A stretch of DNA of 64,000 nucleotides from Lama glama. Its lineage: Eukaryota. Within the stretch, counting starts at the first letter, position 1. Each line of letters begins with the position of its first letter. The position numbers and the translations under genes are program-made. This document shows positions 47,379 to 61,180 of this stretch, piece after piece. Where the stretch lies: NCBI GenBank assembly GCA_028534125.1, contig CM052817.1:1056001-1120000 (forward strand), written 5' to 3'. The notes beneath the pieces are model-generated. The model saw nothing but the letters and a program-made list of their open reading frames with translations, was not told the origin of the DNA and searched no databases.

Positions 47379-49089
47379 ATATGAACTGTAAAGTATTTAA
47401 AATGCTTACACAATGAGATCAAGGTTTTGAAAACAAAGAACAAAAAAACAAAGGAACAAGAATCAAAAGCATGCAAGTGTGTGCATGAGAGAGGCAGAGG
47501 CAGAGACAGAAGAATGGACAGGAATGACCATCTGGCAAAGGAAGACAAGCTGAGTGGAAGCTGTGACTTGGATGCTGCGTGAGGAACAAAATGCCCCCCT
47601 CCCTCACGCCCCTGGCCGACTAACAATAGATGGATACAGTCACGGTGGGTGTCCTGGAGGCCAGGGTGTCAGAGAGGCAAGAGGTCAGAGGTTCCCCAAT
47701 TCAATGAAGCCAAACCTGGATTCTAGTTCCCTTGGTGAGAAGAAAGATGAAACATGATCTGTTCAAAAATGAGGCAAGTGAAATTCTTTCTAAATCCTTT
47801 GTCAAACCTCTGCTTGACTTTGCCACCTACACCAGAGGCCGTCCCTGGGCAGCTGACGGGGAGGGGAGAGACGGCAATCAGGCCTGCGAGTGCCCGGCAG
47901 AGACGGAGCAGAGAAGGGGCAGCTCTGCACCAGGAGCACAGGAGGCTCACACGGGCCCACCTCAGGGGCCAGGGCGGATAAGTCAGAATCCCACAGGGGA
48001 AAGGAGGCCAAAGAGCCTCACTGCCTCCCACTGGGCTGCTGGGCCAGGCCGCCAGCCTGGATGCCATGGCGTGGCCAACAAAGGTGGGCTGTGCCCAGCA
48101 GCTGGGGTGTAGTCGGCAGCCCGAGCAGAGGGAGGGCAGATCAACCCTGGAAGGCAGTGAGTTCAGGATGTCACCTCCTAAAGTCCCAACTAGCACGCTT
48201 CTTGAGTTGTGGCTCAGAGATGTGGCCTGTGTCCGGTGAGGGGTACCTGGGGGCAAACGGTGGTGGCCCCCAAGCCTCCTTCAGCCTCACTGAGAGAGCG
48301 TGCCCACCGGGTTCCTCCCTCGACTCCAGACCTGCTGGGCCAGGCTCTTCGGTCACGGCCAACTCGGCACATCTCACAACCCTCTGGAGGCCACAGACAC
48401 TGGAGGGCCCAGCGGCACTGGCTCCCTACTGCTTTTGTTTCCGTGGTAGGAGGGGATTATCCCAAAGCTGGAGGGCCCAGTAAGCACTGTGGGGAGGTGA
48501 GGCCTAACGAGGGGAGGCGGCTGCCCTGCGTGAACTCTGTTTCGGTCTGAGAACAGGGAGCACACAGGTGGATGGAAAAGTATTCAGCTCCCCTGACGGT
48601 GACTGGAGGAAATAGGAAAAACAGGACATCGGAGACAATCTCGTTCTCAGAGACGGACTTGCTGTTATGATTACGATTGTGAACAGGGCGGCGACACAGC
48701 AGACAAGAGGAGACTGAAGACCACGTCGTGGCTTTGCATTCAGTGGGCATTTGTAGTCTGTCAGCCTGCTTTCCTTAGGAAGCCATCCTGCCTTCCTGAC
48801 CAGGCGTGATGCCCCTAGAGTGACGTGTGGGCACTTCCTGTTCTGGACTCAGGACCAGCTCGAACCATCTGTTCTTTAGAGGACTGAAAGCACTATTTGG
48901 CCAAGATGCTTTTTTGATGTTTGTGGAAGTGTAGTTCTTCCTTCTTCTTCTGTTTCCTTATTGGTCTCTTCGGCTTTCTGCATTTTCTTGAATCCTTGTA
49001 GGTAATTAATATTTTCCTAGAAAATCATTCATATCATTGAAACTTACAATTAGCACAGAGTTGTACATGATGACCTCTTATTGCAAGAG

Positions 49090-49842
49090 ACAGTCCTTGG
49101 AAGAGACTCATTAAGAAGAAAAACTTCTGGCAAATGAAGAAAAACCCCCATGAAATATTACAAGGGAACACTGCCTTCAGAAATCTGAAGGAAAACCTTT
49201 CCAATATAGAACTCTATCTCCAGCCAAATTATCAACCAAATGTGAGACATTTTCAAACAGGTAAGGTCTCTAACAGTTAAACTTCCACGTACCACAAGAG
49301 ACACATGGAACACGGTGAAAAGTTCTAACGTGCATATAACCATAGTCCTAGAAGGAGACAAGAAAGATGGGAGGAGAAGCAATATTTAAAGAGAAGATGA
49401 CTGAGAAGTCTCCAAAGCTGATGAAAGACATCAAACCACAGATAAAAGGGGAAAAAAAGGAACAGTACAAAAATAACAATGGGAAGGAATCTTATAAGTA
49501 ATGATAAAACAAATGCTGACTGTACAAAACCCTATCATGTTTTGTGTTGTTCAAAATATATGTAGAATTAAAATATATTAAAACAATAGTACAAAAGGCA
49601 GGAGGGGAGATAAATGGAGTTAAAGTGTTATATAGTCTGAGAAATGGTAAAAGTACAACTTTATATTACATTTTTAGAAGTGAAAGATGCTTCTAATAAT
49701 CTCTAGAACACTTTCTAAAAATTAGTGAAAGAATATATAATTAACAAAGTAATAGAGGGGGAAATGAAATAACAAAAATACTTAATCCAAAGAGAGGTAA
49801 AAAGAGAGAGAAAAAGAAGCCTAGAAAAAGTAGGACAAATAG
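49090..49842 (+). mobile_element. Old L1 ORF1/inter-ORF fragment (host of the next insertion; resumes at ~52180-52450 as ORF2 start)
   Basis: A-rich L1M-like sequence; the right flank gtaattacattatgtgtaagtgagcaagacactccaatt resembles the ORF2 endonuclease start. Confidence 0.65.
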
Positions 49843-52161
49843 GGCAGTTCCGGTCGAGATGGCGGAGTGGTAGGACCACAGCTCGCCTCGCCTCGCGACG
49901 ACGACAAAACCACAACTGACTGCTAGACAACCATTGAAAAAAGACTGGAACCTAGCAAAAAAGATCGCCTTCAACTGGAAACACAAAGAGGGAACCACAG
50001 CAGGACGGCAGGAGGGGTGTGCTCGTGATATAATCAGGCCCATACCCCCAGGTGGGCGACCCACAGCTGAAGAAGAGTTAAGTCGCAGAGGCCCCCCCCA
50101 CAGGAGTGAGAGCTCTGAGCCCCACGTCAGGTTCCTTAGCCCGGGTTCCAGCACTGGGAGGAGGAGACCTCAGGGTATTTGGTTTTGAAGGCCGGTGGGG
50201 CGTAGCTCCAGGATCCCCATGGGACTGGGGAAACAGTGACTTCATTCTCTTGGGAAGCATACACAGAATCTCACATGCGCCAGGTCCAAGGGCAGAGGCA
50301 GTGATTTCACAGGAACCTGGGACAGGCCTGCCTGCTGGTTTTGGAGGGTCTCCTGGGGTTGTAGGGATGGATGGCTGCAGCTCACTCAGGGGACATAGAA
50401 GCTGGTGGCAGACATTCTGGGAGTGTTCATCTACATGAGATTTCCTGGAGGCTGACATCTTGATTAGATCATAAGCACCAAGACCAAGCGCCACCCAACA
50501 GCCTGTGGGGAAGCCTCAGACCAAACAGCACACTGGGTGGGAGCACAGCCCCACCCAGCAGCAGACCTCCTGAGCCTCTAGACACGGCCCTACCCACCAG
50601 AGGTCCAGGACCAAGCTCCACCCAGCAGTGGGCAGGCCCCGGCTCCTCCTGCCAGGAAACCTGCATTAGCCCCTAGTCCAGCCTCATCCACCANNNNNNN
50701 NNNNNNNNNNNNNNNNNNNNNNNNNNNNNNNNNNNNNNNNNNNNNNNNNNNNNNNNNNNNNNNNNNNNNNNNNNNNNNNNNNNNNNNNNNNNNNNNNNNN
50801 NNNNNNNNNNNNNNNNNNNNNNNNNNNNNNNNNNNNNNNNNNNNNNNNNNNNNNNNNNNNNNNNNNNNNNNNNNNNNNNNNNNNNNNNNNNNNNNNNNNN
50901 NNNNNNNNNNNNNNNNNNNNNNNNNNNNNNNNNNNNNNNNNNNNNNNNNNNNNNNNNNNNNNNNNNNNNNNNNNNNNNNNNNNNNNNNNNNNNNNNNNNN
51001 NNNNNNNNNNNNNNNNNNNNNNNNNNNNNNNNNNNNNNNNNNNNNNNNNNNNNNNNNNNNNNNNNNNNNNNNNNNNNNNNNNNNNNNNNNNNNNNNNNNN
51101 NNNNNNNNNNNNNNNNNNNNNNNNNNNNNNNNNNNNNNNNNNNNNNNNNNNNNNNNNNNNNNNNNNNNNNNNNNNNNNNNNNNNNNNNNNNNNGTTCAAA
51201 GTGATGAAAGGGGAAAACTTACAACCAAGAGCACTCTATCCAGCAAGGCTCTTGTTCAGACTCGATGGAGAAATCAGAAGCTTCACAGATAAACAAAAGC
51301 TAAAAGATTTCAGCACCACCAAGCCAGCTTTACAACAAACATTAAAGGACCTTCTCTAGTCATCAAACCATTAAGGAAAGAGAACTAAAAGAAGAAAGAG
51401 GGAAAAAAACAGACTTGCAAAAGATTGCTTTGGCAGTTCTGGGTTGTTTATGGTTCCATATAAATTTTGGAACTGTTTGTTCTAATTCTGGAAAAAATGT
51501 TGTATTTTGACAGGGGTTGCATCAGATCCATAGATTGCTTTGGGCAGTACGACCATTTTGATAATGTTGGTTCTTCCAATCCAAGAGCACAAGATACCTT
51601 TCCATTTCTTTGGTATCTCCTTCAATTTCCTTCACCAATATTTTACAGTTTTCAGAGTATAAATAACCTCCTTGGTTAAGTTTATTTCTAGGTATTTTGT
51701 TATTTTTGATGCAATGGAAATATTTATGCCAGTTATAAAATTCTGTTTTTTGAGGTGAAAAAAAAGTGAACGAAGGGCTGCAAATGGCAAAATATTCTTC
51801 TTTATTATGAGTGAGTTGTATTCCATAACATATATATGCTGCACCTTCTTTATCCATTCATCTATCGACGTGCACTTAGGATGCTTCCATGTCTTGATAA
51901 TTATAAATAATGTTGCTGTTAATAGCAGGGTGTATGTATCTTTTTGAATTAATTCTTATTTTATGGTTGGCTTTATTCCTTTGATAACTATGTAAGCTTA
52001 AAAAGCTAAATCACTAAACATTCTCAGAAACAATGAACAGTACATATATGTAAATTTACAAAATATGTGCAGTATATTGTATATATGTATTTACATGCAA
52101 TATATTGTATATTTGCAATCAAATTGTAACAATTCTACCTAATAAAACTGAAAAATGGAAA
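49843..52161 (+). mobile_element. L1-derived composite: 5' UTR, ORF1 end, inverted L1 pieces and A-tail, flanked by an ~18 bp TSD (HAL1-like)
   Basis: Starts gggcagttccggtcgagatggcggagtgg (L1 5' end). 51195-51359 encodes FKVMKGENLQPRALYPARLLFRLDGEIRSFTDKQKLKDFSTTKPALQQTLKDLL* (ORF1p C-terminus). TSD aaaaagtaggacaaatag / aaaaagtaggccaattag. Confidence 0.6.
50694..51193. other. Assembly gap (500 N)
   Basis: Run of N; the round size suggests a placeholder length. Confidence 0.99.
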
Positions 52162-52459
52162 AAAAAGTAGGCCAATTAGAAAACAATACTTAGAGGAGAT
52201 ACAGCTAAACACACCAGTAATTACATTATGTGTAAGTGAGCAAGACACTCCAATTTAGAGACAAAGATTTTCGGACTGAATTACATTTTAAAAACACTGC
52301 CTAGAAAAGATACACCACAAACACAGAAACACAGAAAGGTTGACAGTAAAAAGATGGAAAAAAGATCTATGATAAAGAAACTAACCAAAAAAGCCTATGT
52401 GGAAGGGATCAGACAGTGAAGGCTTTACGCCAAGACACGTTACTAGAGCTGGAGAACAT

Positions 52460-53510
52460 TTTAACAACTTGATTAAACAATGGGCAGGGGGGAAGGGTTC
52501 AAGATCCCCAGAACCTCCTCCAAGCAGAAATCAATGAATAAACAAAATTACCTCCCCCTCATTAAACAAACAAACAGAAAACAATGAGCAGAAGATCTGA
52601 ATAGACATTTTCCAAAAGGGAAATGCAAAGGGCCAACAGGCACATGAAAAGATGTCCAACATCACTAATCCTCAGGAAATGCAAATCAAAACCACAATAG
52701 ATATCACCTCACACCTGTCAGAATGGCTATTATCAAGAAGACAACAAATAACAAGCGTTGGGGAGAATGTGGAAAAAGGGGAATCCTCCTGCACTGTTAG
52801 TGGAAATGTAAATTGGTGCAGCCACTGTGGAAAACAGTATGGAGATTCCTCAGAAGACTAGGAACAGACTTACCATATTACCCAGGAATCCTGCTCCTGG
52901 GCATATATCCAGAAGGAACCCTACTTTAAAGTGACACCTGCACCCCAGTGTTCATAGCAGCACTATTTACAATAGCCAAGACATGGAAACAGCCTAAATG
53001 CCCATCGACAGATGACTGGATAAAGAAGATGTGGTATACTTATACAATGGAATAGTATTCAGCCATAAAAACTGACAACATAATGCCATTTGCAGCAACA
53101 TGGATGTTCCTGGAGAATGTCATTCTAAGTGAAGTAAGCCAGAAAGAGAAAGAAAAATACCATATGAGATCGCTCATATGTGGAATCTAGAACAAAACAA
53201 AGCAAAGCAAAACAAAACATAAATACAAAACAGAAACAGACTCATAGACATAGAATACAAACTTGTGGTTGCCAAGGGGGCGGCGGGTGGGAAGGGACAG
53301 ACTGGGATTTCAAAATGTAGAATAGATAAATAAGATTGCACTGTGTAGCACAGGGAAATATATACAGGATCTTGTGGTAGCTCACAGCAAAAGAGAATGG
53401 GACAATGAATGTATGTATGTTCATGTATAACTGAAGAATTGTGCTCTACACTGGAATTTGACACCACATTGTAAAATGACTATAGCTCAATAAAAAATGT
53501 AAAAACAAAA
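52460..53510 (+). mobile_element. Relatively young 5'-truncated L1 (ORF2 end plus 3' UTR)
   Basis: gaagatctgaatagacattttcc...atgcaaatcaaaaccacaat...gccatttgcagcaacatggatg; ends aataaaaaatgtaaaaacaaaa. Confidence 0.92.
52488..52578 (+). mobile_element. Truncated Vic-1-like SINE nested in the L1
   Basis: ggttcaagatccccagaacctcc...aataaacaaaattacctccccc matches the 3' half of the other two copies; TSD aaacaatgggcag / aaacaatgagcag. Confidence 0.7.
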
Positions 53511-53559
53511 TTCCCTTCTGGGAAACACAGTAAGACTTCTTCAATGAATGAATGAAATG

Positions 53560-56030
53560 AAAATCCTATTTCTCTCTTTACTTCTGTCAGTTTCTGCTTC
53601 AGGTATTCTAGAATTCTCTTATTAGGCACATTCAGATAGAGGACTGTGCGTCTCCTTGATGAATCAGTCTTCCCTCACTATGAGATGTTCCTCTTTATTT
53701 CTAGTAACACTCTCTGTTTTGCAGTGTAAGCTTCCCATCTCAGTATTTGATTTTCATTTACCCCACTTGCATTTTGTTCCGTCTCTCCTTTCTTGAATTC
53801 CTTTGGATGAATCACGTATTTTTTAATATCCCATTTTGTTGCCTCCATTGATTTTTTAAGCTATACTTCTTTTGGAATTGTTTTAGAGGCTGCTCAAGAA
53901 ATTGCAACATGCATCCTTAAGTCATCATAGTCTACCTTTAAATAATATTACAGTACTTGACCAACAGTGTAAGGACCTGAAAATGGTGCAACTGCATTTA
54001 CTCCCCTTCCCACCTTTTGTACTTTTTAGTGCCTTATATTTTACTTCTATGCTATAAACCTTAAAAAAAAAAACCTTAAATCTTTTCAAGAATTCAAAAC
54101 TATATAGATGCTACCTATAGAACTATATAAAACATATATAAAATAAACTATGTAAAATAAAGCTTAAGTTTTTTTTTTAATACTTACCCTGATATTTACC
54201 TATTCTGGTGCTCTTTATCCTTCCTGAAGACCCAGAGTTTCATGTGGTATCATTTCTCTTGAGCCTGAAGAATTTCTTTTACTATTTCTAGTAGAGCAGG
54301 TCTACTGAGACAAATTCTTTAAAATTCTGTAAATCTTAAATTGTCTCCATTTTGCCTTAATTTTTGAAAGCTAATTTCTGGACATGGAAATTTAGACTGA
54401 GTGTTTCTTTCAGCATGGTAAGGCTGTTCCAGTATCTTCTGGTCTCTGCTGTTTCTCGAAAAAGTTAGTTGTAATTTGTATTGTTCTTTGTATATACATT
54501 CTCTGGTGGCTTTCAAGGTTCTCTTTATCTTTGGTTTTCATGGATTTGACTTCAATGTGCCTAATGTGCAGTTTTCTTTGTTTTTAACATATTTAGGCCT
54601 TGTTGAGCATTTTGAATATGTAGATTGGGTTATTTAATCAATTTGGGAAAGTTCCCAGCCATTATACCTTGAACTATTTCTTCCACCTCATTCTCTCTGT
54701 CCTTGTGAGATGTCAAATTTGCACAGATTAGACCATTTGACATTGACTGATCTGACTACTGATCTTGGACTCTCTTTGTTTATCACTTCTTTTCTCTTTA
54801 TATTTCATTTTGGACACTTTCTGTTGGCCTGTCTTCAAGCTCATGGATTCTTTCCTATACTGAGTCAGTCTGCTGTGAAGCTGAACAATGGATTCTTCAG
54901 TTTCGATACTGGATTTTCATCTCTTACAAGTCTATTTGCATTCTTTCTATAGTTTTCACATCTCTATTAAAATTAGCCATCTCAACACATATTGTCTACC
55001 TGTTTATTTAGATCCTTTAGTATTTTTTTTATCATAATTCAAAGTTATTTCTTCTGGTAGTTCCAATCCTGGGCCATCTCTTTGGCTGACTTCTATTGTT
55101 TGCTTACTTTCTTGGTCAAAACTCGTATTTTCTTACTTCTTCTTAGGTCTTTCTTAAAATTAAAAAAAAATTATTTGCTAGACATTTTGCATAAAAGGAC
55201 AGTAGAGACTTAAGTAAATATTCACTTCCTAAAAACGACCTGCCATTTCTTATGTTGGGTATTAGAGTTGGGAGCAGTCAATTTGATCTGTGGTTGGGCT
55301 GGGTCTGGACTTTATTGCAATTTTAGTTTGATTCAGTTCACTGTTGGTTTGGAATATTTTGAGAGTGGGGCCAAACATTTTTCCCTTCTGAGGGGTCTAG
55401 AGTCTGAGAACTGGCACAACTGCAGGGCTTCCTGGAGCTCTGTAGTTAAGCTGTCAGTGCTTCGGGCCACGGAAGATCTCTCTTTACATCACAGAGTGGT
55501 GGTTGGTCGCTCTTTGGGTTGCTAAGAAGAACAGTGTGCCCTTCAGCCCCACCCCAGCTTCCGCACCAGGGAGCGGGCCTCTGCCAGGCGTCCTGGAGGG
55601 CTTTCTCTCAGGCTTCTGCCCTAGAGCAGCCCTTAGCAGATGACGGTTCAGAACACCTTGTGTCGATTTGTCTCAGCTGCCCTGCCCTTCCCCCAGCTCT
55701 GGCCCTAGACACTTCGTGAGGACTCATGGGAATGAGCTGATGAATGATGGAATCTGTACCTGGGGCTTTTTGGAATCCTGTCACTCCAGCCCCCGTGTGA
55801 TTAAGGCTTAGCTGGCCTCTCCTTCCTGCCACTCCACCAGGGGTGAGGGGAGCCAGGAGCTGCTTCTTTTCGGCGAAGGACTCATCACTTTCTGGAGCTC
55901 TGCTGACTTAGCTGTATCCTCAGCTCTCTGGTGAGTTTAGAAGAACCGATTTTATAGTCTACTTATCTTGGTTTGATTGTTAGGGTTAGAGCAATATGCT
56001 CTTGTCATTTTTTTATATCTTAGCTAGAAA
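53560..56030 (-). mobile_element. Old L1M 5'/ORF1/inter-ORF region, antisense (approximate)
   Basis: T-rich; tttactatttctagtagagcaggtctactgagacaaattc and tttgggaaagttcccagccattat are typical antisense L1M. Confidence 0.7.
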
Positions 56031-56469
56031 TTCATCTTTTAATTTTCTCATGAATTACAAATTTAGAAAACCAAAGTAGCTATGTTTCAGAACATAGACT
56101 CCAGCACAGGACAAGGTGTGCATCGGGGGAGGGGGAGTGAAGTCACACTAACTTTCAAAGGAGTGCAGCTGTGAACTTGGTTCCACCACCACGTGGCCGG
56201 GCGACGAGGTCCCTACGCCACGATGTTCCCAGGAGAGTCTTCAGCGGCAATGCAACAGAGCTGCCCTACGAAGCTGGCCTTCCAGGCAGAGAGTATCTCA
56301 GGTGTCACTGAAAGTCCGCCGAGAGTACCCGGAGCACTCATATGATTCTCTGCAACGCTCATCCGCTTACTCCGAGATTACTGAAGCCCAGCACAACTCA
56401 GTAACGAAGCAGGTAAGATGCGGTATTTAGACTCATCTTTTACAGAAACATAAATAAATGTTGACAAAA

Positions 56470-58480
56470 CGAGTGGCTGCCTCTTTGCTGCACAGTAAGG
56501 ACAGGCCAGGCTCTGCTCAGAGGCTAACACAGACAGGGGCTCCCTTCTTGCTCATGTGGCATGTGCACCATGGGTGAGCCGAGGCTCTGCCCCGTGGAAC
56601 CTGTGTTCTGTGATCCAGGAGTAGAGCCAGCCTACCTCTGGAACACTGACGGCCGCCATGGCAGAGGAAGAGGAAAACAGGCATAACCATGAGCTGGCTC
56701 TTAAATTTTCACCCATTGTGACAAGCATCACTTCTGTTCACAGGCCGTTGGTTGCAGGTCACGTGGCCAAGCCTGAGTCGACGAGCAAGGAAGCGCAGGC
56801 TTCCTCTACGGAGGAGTAACAAATGCTTCCAGACAATAACACATTCTACCACTGCCCACCCTTCTGATCGCACGTGTCTGCCTGCCTCCCCCTTGCCGAG
56901 GGAGACGATCCAAAGTCTCACCTGATGGGGCTTCAGGGTTTTGTGATCATCTTCATATCAGGTCCCGTTGGGGCTCCTCTTGATCTGGAGGCCAGTGAAC
57001 TAAAAGGTCAAGTCCACCTTTCACTCCACACATGTGACATGCAGTGGTGGGGCAGGGACAGGATGACCACGCAAATGCTCCTATTTGGAAAGGGGAGGGG
57101 TGGGAGACACGTGGGCACTACTGGTCCACGGCAGCTGCAGTCTCACTGGGCAGGTGCTGAGGGGCCTTCTCGAGGTGGGGGAGGCCCTTGCTCAGTCCCT
57201 TGCTTTCCAAGGCCGTTTGCTCCACTGCCAGGACTGCCTTGTCCGCTGTCTTTCTTGGCCACATGTAAGCGGGCACTGAAGGACTTTCTTTCCTTGGCGG
57301 CGTGAGCATATGTCTCAGACTGCTTCTTGGCCATAGAAAACATGGCGCCCAAGGTTTGCTTTAGGTCTCAAGCAATCAGTGTCTTTTAGCCCTGGCTGGG
57401 GGCTCTTGGGGAAGCATAGCTCTCAGAAAGCACCATCCGTTCTATCTGACTCCAGTCGGCTGCATGTGCCCACAGACACACCCACACCTCATTTACAGAC
57501 GCATCCTCTGTCCAGACTGCACCACAGGTGTCTGAAGCTTCGGAACCTGCAGGAAAGCTACCCTTCGTCTCCTCTTTCCAGAGCCATGCTGTCTAACCGT
57601 AAGGATTTATGGATGCTACGCTAATTCTTTCAGAAACGTGAACAGTGGGCATTGAAACTATACCTTTAATTTGTTAAAGGCAGTGTTTCAATTGGCCTTG
57701 TTGCTCAAAGCGCTTTTCAAATTCATCTTTTGCTGGCTGGGCACGAGAATCATTTCTATATACAAAGGTGTAAAACTCCAATTTTCTGGCATCTCCTTAT
57801 TCCTTCCCATTCTGACGTGCAACACCGGCCAGTTCTTTTCCGAGTTTGTTCCTCACAGTACCTTGTCGCATGCAGACAACAGCAACCGAAGTGGGTTCCA
57901 GCGCCCTGCTGGCCACTCTGCCCAAGGCTCAGCTCCGCAGGGAATTACCCGCTTCACAAGTTACCACGGGGGGCGGTTTTATCAAATGTTACACAATTTA
58001 CCAGGTAAACCCTCCAGGCTCCAATAAACATCTCCCCACTGGCCCCGAGCATCTCCTGCCACCTGGCCCCGAAGCCAGTGCCACGTGTTTTGGGGTTCAC
58101 GGTGGCAGCCCCTTACTTCTGGCACCAAGTCTGGCAGACAGCATGGCGGGCCACGGTACCCTGCCTTTCTGCAGCACTCTGAAACCTCACTGCCTACAGC
58201 AAGAATGCTTTCTCTCTCACCTTCACCAGCCTTCCGTCACAGGCTGGTCCACCGTTTGTAACGCAGGATGACGGCGCGGCCTCTGTCAACTGTGCAGCTG
58301 CGGCCACAGTGAACAAACAGAGCAAGAGGAGCCGCGTGCAGTTTCTGAAAGCCTCAGCTTCGGAGACACACGTCACTTCTGCGTACATTTTATTAGCCAG
58401 AGCAAGCCACACGCCCGAGTCTGCCACCCCCCAGGTAGGGAAGCACCGCCTTCCCCCGGGGATGGGGAGCGGCCCCCAGC
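56470..58480 (-). mobile_element. Old MLT1 LTR / internal / LTR remnants (approximate)
   Basis: Two LTR-like blocks (catcacttctgttcacaggccgttgg...gtcacgtggccaagcctg; cgtcacttctgcgtacattttattagccagagcaagccacacgccc) flank MLT-int-like sequence. Confidence 0.5.
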
Positions 58481-59369
58481 ACCACACCTGCTTTACGAGG
58501 GAACAGCTTAGAAAAGCACCCAAGAAAAGTCTTAAGCAGAAGAAAAACTAGTATATTCTGCAGTGAACAGTCATTTTTTAAGTTTCAGTCTGAAAATGTT
58601 GAGGTGAATGTACAACAGATAAGAAATGCTTTTTATCTGCACTTTGTAAGACTTTTAGGAAACCACCTGACTGGGCACATACGTAATGACTCCTGCGAGG
58701 AAGGCCGCCTCAGTGCAGACCGGCTGCGTCCTCCGCGGGCACCAGGACACGCTGGCGCTGGAGCAGGCGGCTCTGAGCCCCGGACGCGGCTCTGCACTAC
58801 CCCGCGGGCCGGCCCAGCGCGCTGGGCTCCAGGCTTTCATCGGTCACGTCATAGCTTCGCAGAGCATCTCTTAAGACTTCTTCCGAGCCTCCATTTTTGT
58901 ATACAATCTACATATTCTCAAAGGTTGTTCAAGAAAACTGTTACTCTCTGAAAATGCTACTAAATATCTCAGAAAATAACATCGAATTGCCTTTTTGCTT
59001 TTTGTGCTTCAAAAAAATAAGGCATTTACATGAAACATTCTTAAGAGTGTGTTTGATCTTGCTGCTGTTTTACCACGTGCTATTCCAGTCCTCTGTTTGG
59101 AACATAAAAACCATTTCCAAAGCAACTAATTACAGTATAAGTCACAAGTGCTGGATTGCTGCGCTGGTAGGGAATTAGGGGCCACCATCGTGCAAATATC
59201 AAAAGCTTCTTATTTTTGAAGTTCTCCCCAAATCTAGTTCAAGACAATAAAACGCAGGAAGGCAGACACAGGACCGGGTGCAGAAGCGAGCTTCTCAAGC
59301 CCCTTCGTGAGTGACCAGCTGAACAGGAACCCGAAGCGGATTGCTTCCTGCCCGGAGCTTCGTGCCTTT

Positions 59370-61180
59370 CTCAGAAACCAGCCGAGCTCGTCTGTGAGGG
59401 TCCGGTCCTGGCCCTCCTTCTGTTCCGCTGGTCTGTGTGTCTCCCCTGCCGGCACCACGCTCTCCGGGCAATCGCACGCTAGGTCTTAACATCAGGTACT
59501 GATTCCTCCCGCTTTACTCTTTGTCGAGATTGTTTTAGCTGTTCTAGGGCCTGTGTTTTCATCTAAATTTTAGGACAAGCTTGTCTTATGTCCACAAAAA
59601 ACTTGCTTGGGTTTTACCAAGGCTTACGTTAAACTTACGGATCAATTTAGGGAGAACTGACAGTCTTCCATTTCATGCACACACACTGTCATTCCACTTA
59701 CCAGATCTTCTTTGATTTCCTTCATCAGCATTTTGTAACTTTAGACACACAGATCCTACATATTATATTGTCCGACTGAATACTTTAGTGCTTCATTATC
59801 TTTGCAGTGAATGTAAATGGTATTGCATTTTACATTTCAACTTATGCATGTTTGTTGTCAGTTTATAGAAATGCGATTGAGTTTTACGTGTGATACCGTG
59901 TCTTGCACCTTTGCTAAACTCATTTGTTAGTTCTAGGAGTTAAAAAATGGTTTTTTTCTTATATATTCTTTGAGAATTTCTACATAGACAACCATATCAT
60001 CTATAAATGGAGACAGTTTTATTTCTTCTTTCCCAACTTGTATACTGTTTATTTCTTTTCTTTGCCTTATTTAGTGGCCAGGACTTCAATGTTCAGTATT
60101 AATAAGTTGTTGCTGATCTTAGGGGGAGAGAATCAGCCTTTCACCATTAAACATGATATTAGCTGTCAGGCTGTACAGACTTCTTTGTCAAGCTGGGGTT
60201 GTTCCCTCTCCTTCTAAACTGCTACTGAGAATTTCCATGACGAATGAAAATTGCATTTTGTCAAATGCTTTGTCTTGGTCAATTGATATAATTATTTTCA
60301 TTCTTTAGCTTGATCACCTGGTGGATTACACATGTTAAACCAGCCTTGCACACCTGGAATAAAATCCCACTGGGACACAGTGTGTAATTACTTACAGACA
60401 CAGTTACAGATTTGGTTTGCTAATATTTTGCTGAGAGTTTTTGCATCTAAGTTCAGGAGTGATTGTGGTCTGTAGAGGGGTTTTGCTTTGTTTTATTTTG
60501 TATTTACTCTCAGTGGTTTTAGTATCAGAGTAACACTGGCTTCACAGAGTGACTGGGAAGTATTCCTTCCTCTTCTGTTTTCCAGAAGAGGCTGCATACA
60601 ACTGGTGTTAATTCATTAACTGTTTGGTAAAATACTCCTTGGAAGGCATTTGGCTCTGGGGATTTCCTTTTCGGAAAATTTTAAACTACAAGTTCAATTT
60701 CTTTAACAGTTACAGGACTATCCAGGTTACCTATTTCACCTTAGTTGGGTTTTGACTGTGGTTCTCGAGAAACCGGTCCGTTTCTCCTAAATCGCTGGGT
60801 CTTTGAGCGTCAAGCTGCTCCCAGCAGCCCTGCGGCCCCTCTGACGGCTGCGGAGGCCCTGCTAACGCCCTCTGCTCCGCTCCTGGCGCTGATGCTTTGT
60901 GTCTTGCCTATTTTAATTTTTGTCAGTCTTGCTAGAGTTGATCAACTTTATTGATTTTTCAGAGAATTGGGTTGTGCTTCATTCATTTTCTCTATTGATT
61001 TTCCATCTTCAGTTTCACAGATTTCTGCTCTTATCTTCATTATTTCCTTATTCCCTTTTTTCAGGTTCTTGAGCTAGAAAGTCAGGTGATTTATCCAAGG
61101 TCTCTCCTCATCTCTGACGTGAGCATTTGGGTGGGGCTGCGCCTTCCCTCCTGGCACTGCTTCAGCTGCACCCTTTGCCT
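59370..61180 (-). mobile_element. Old L1 ORF2 fragments, antisense (approximate)
   Basis: ttaaacttacggatcaatttagggagaactgaca; gttaaaccagccttgcacacctggaataaaatcccactggg. Confidence 0.75.

Noticed and set aside
50684..51199. 171-aa ORF of X residues
   Set aside because: Assembly gap.
56290..56420. Possible + strand exon ending CAG|GTAAGA
   Set aside because: No clear acceptor, no recognisable peptide and no partner exons.
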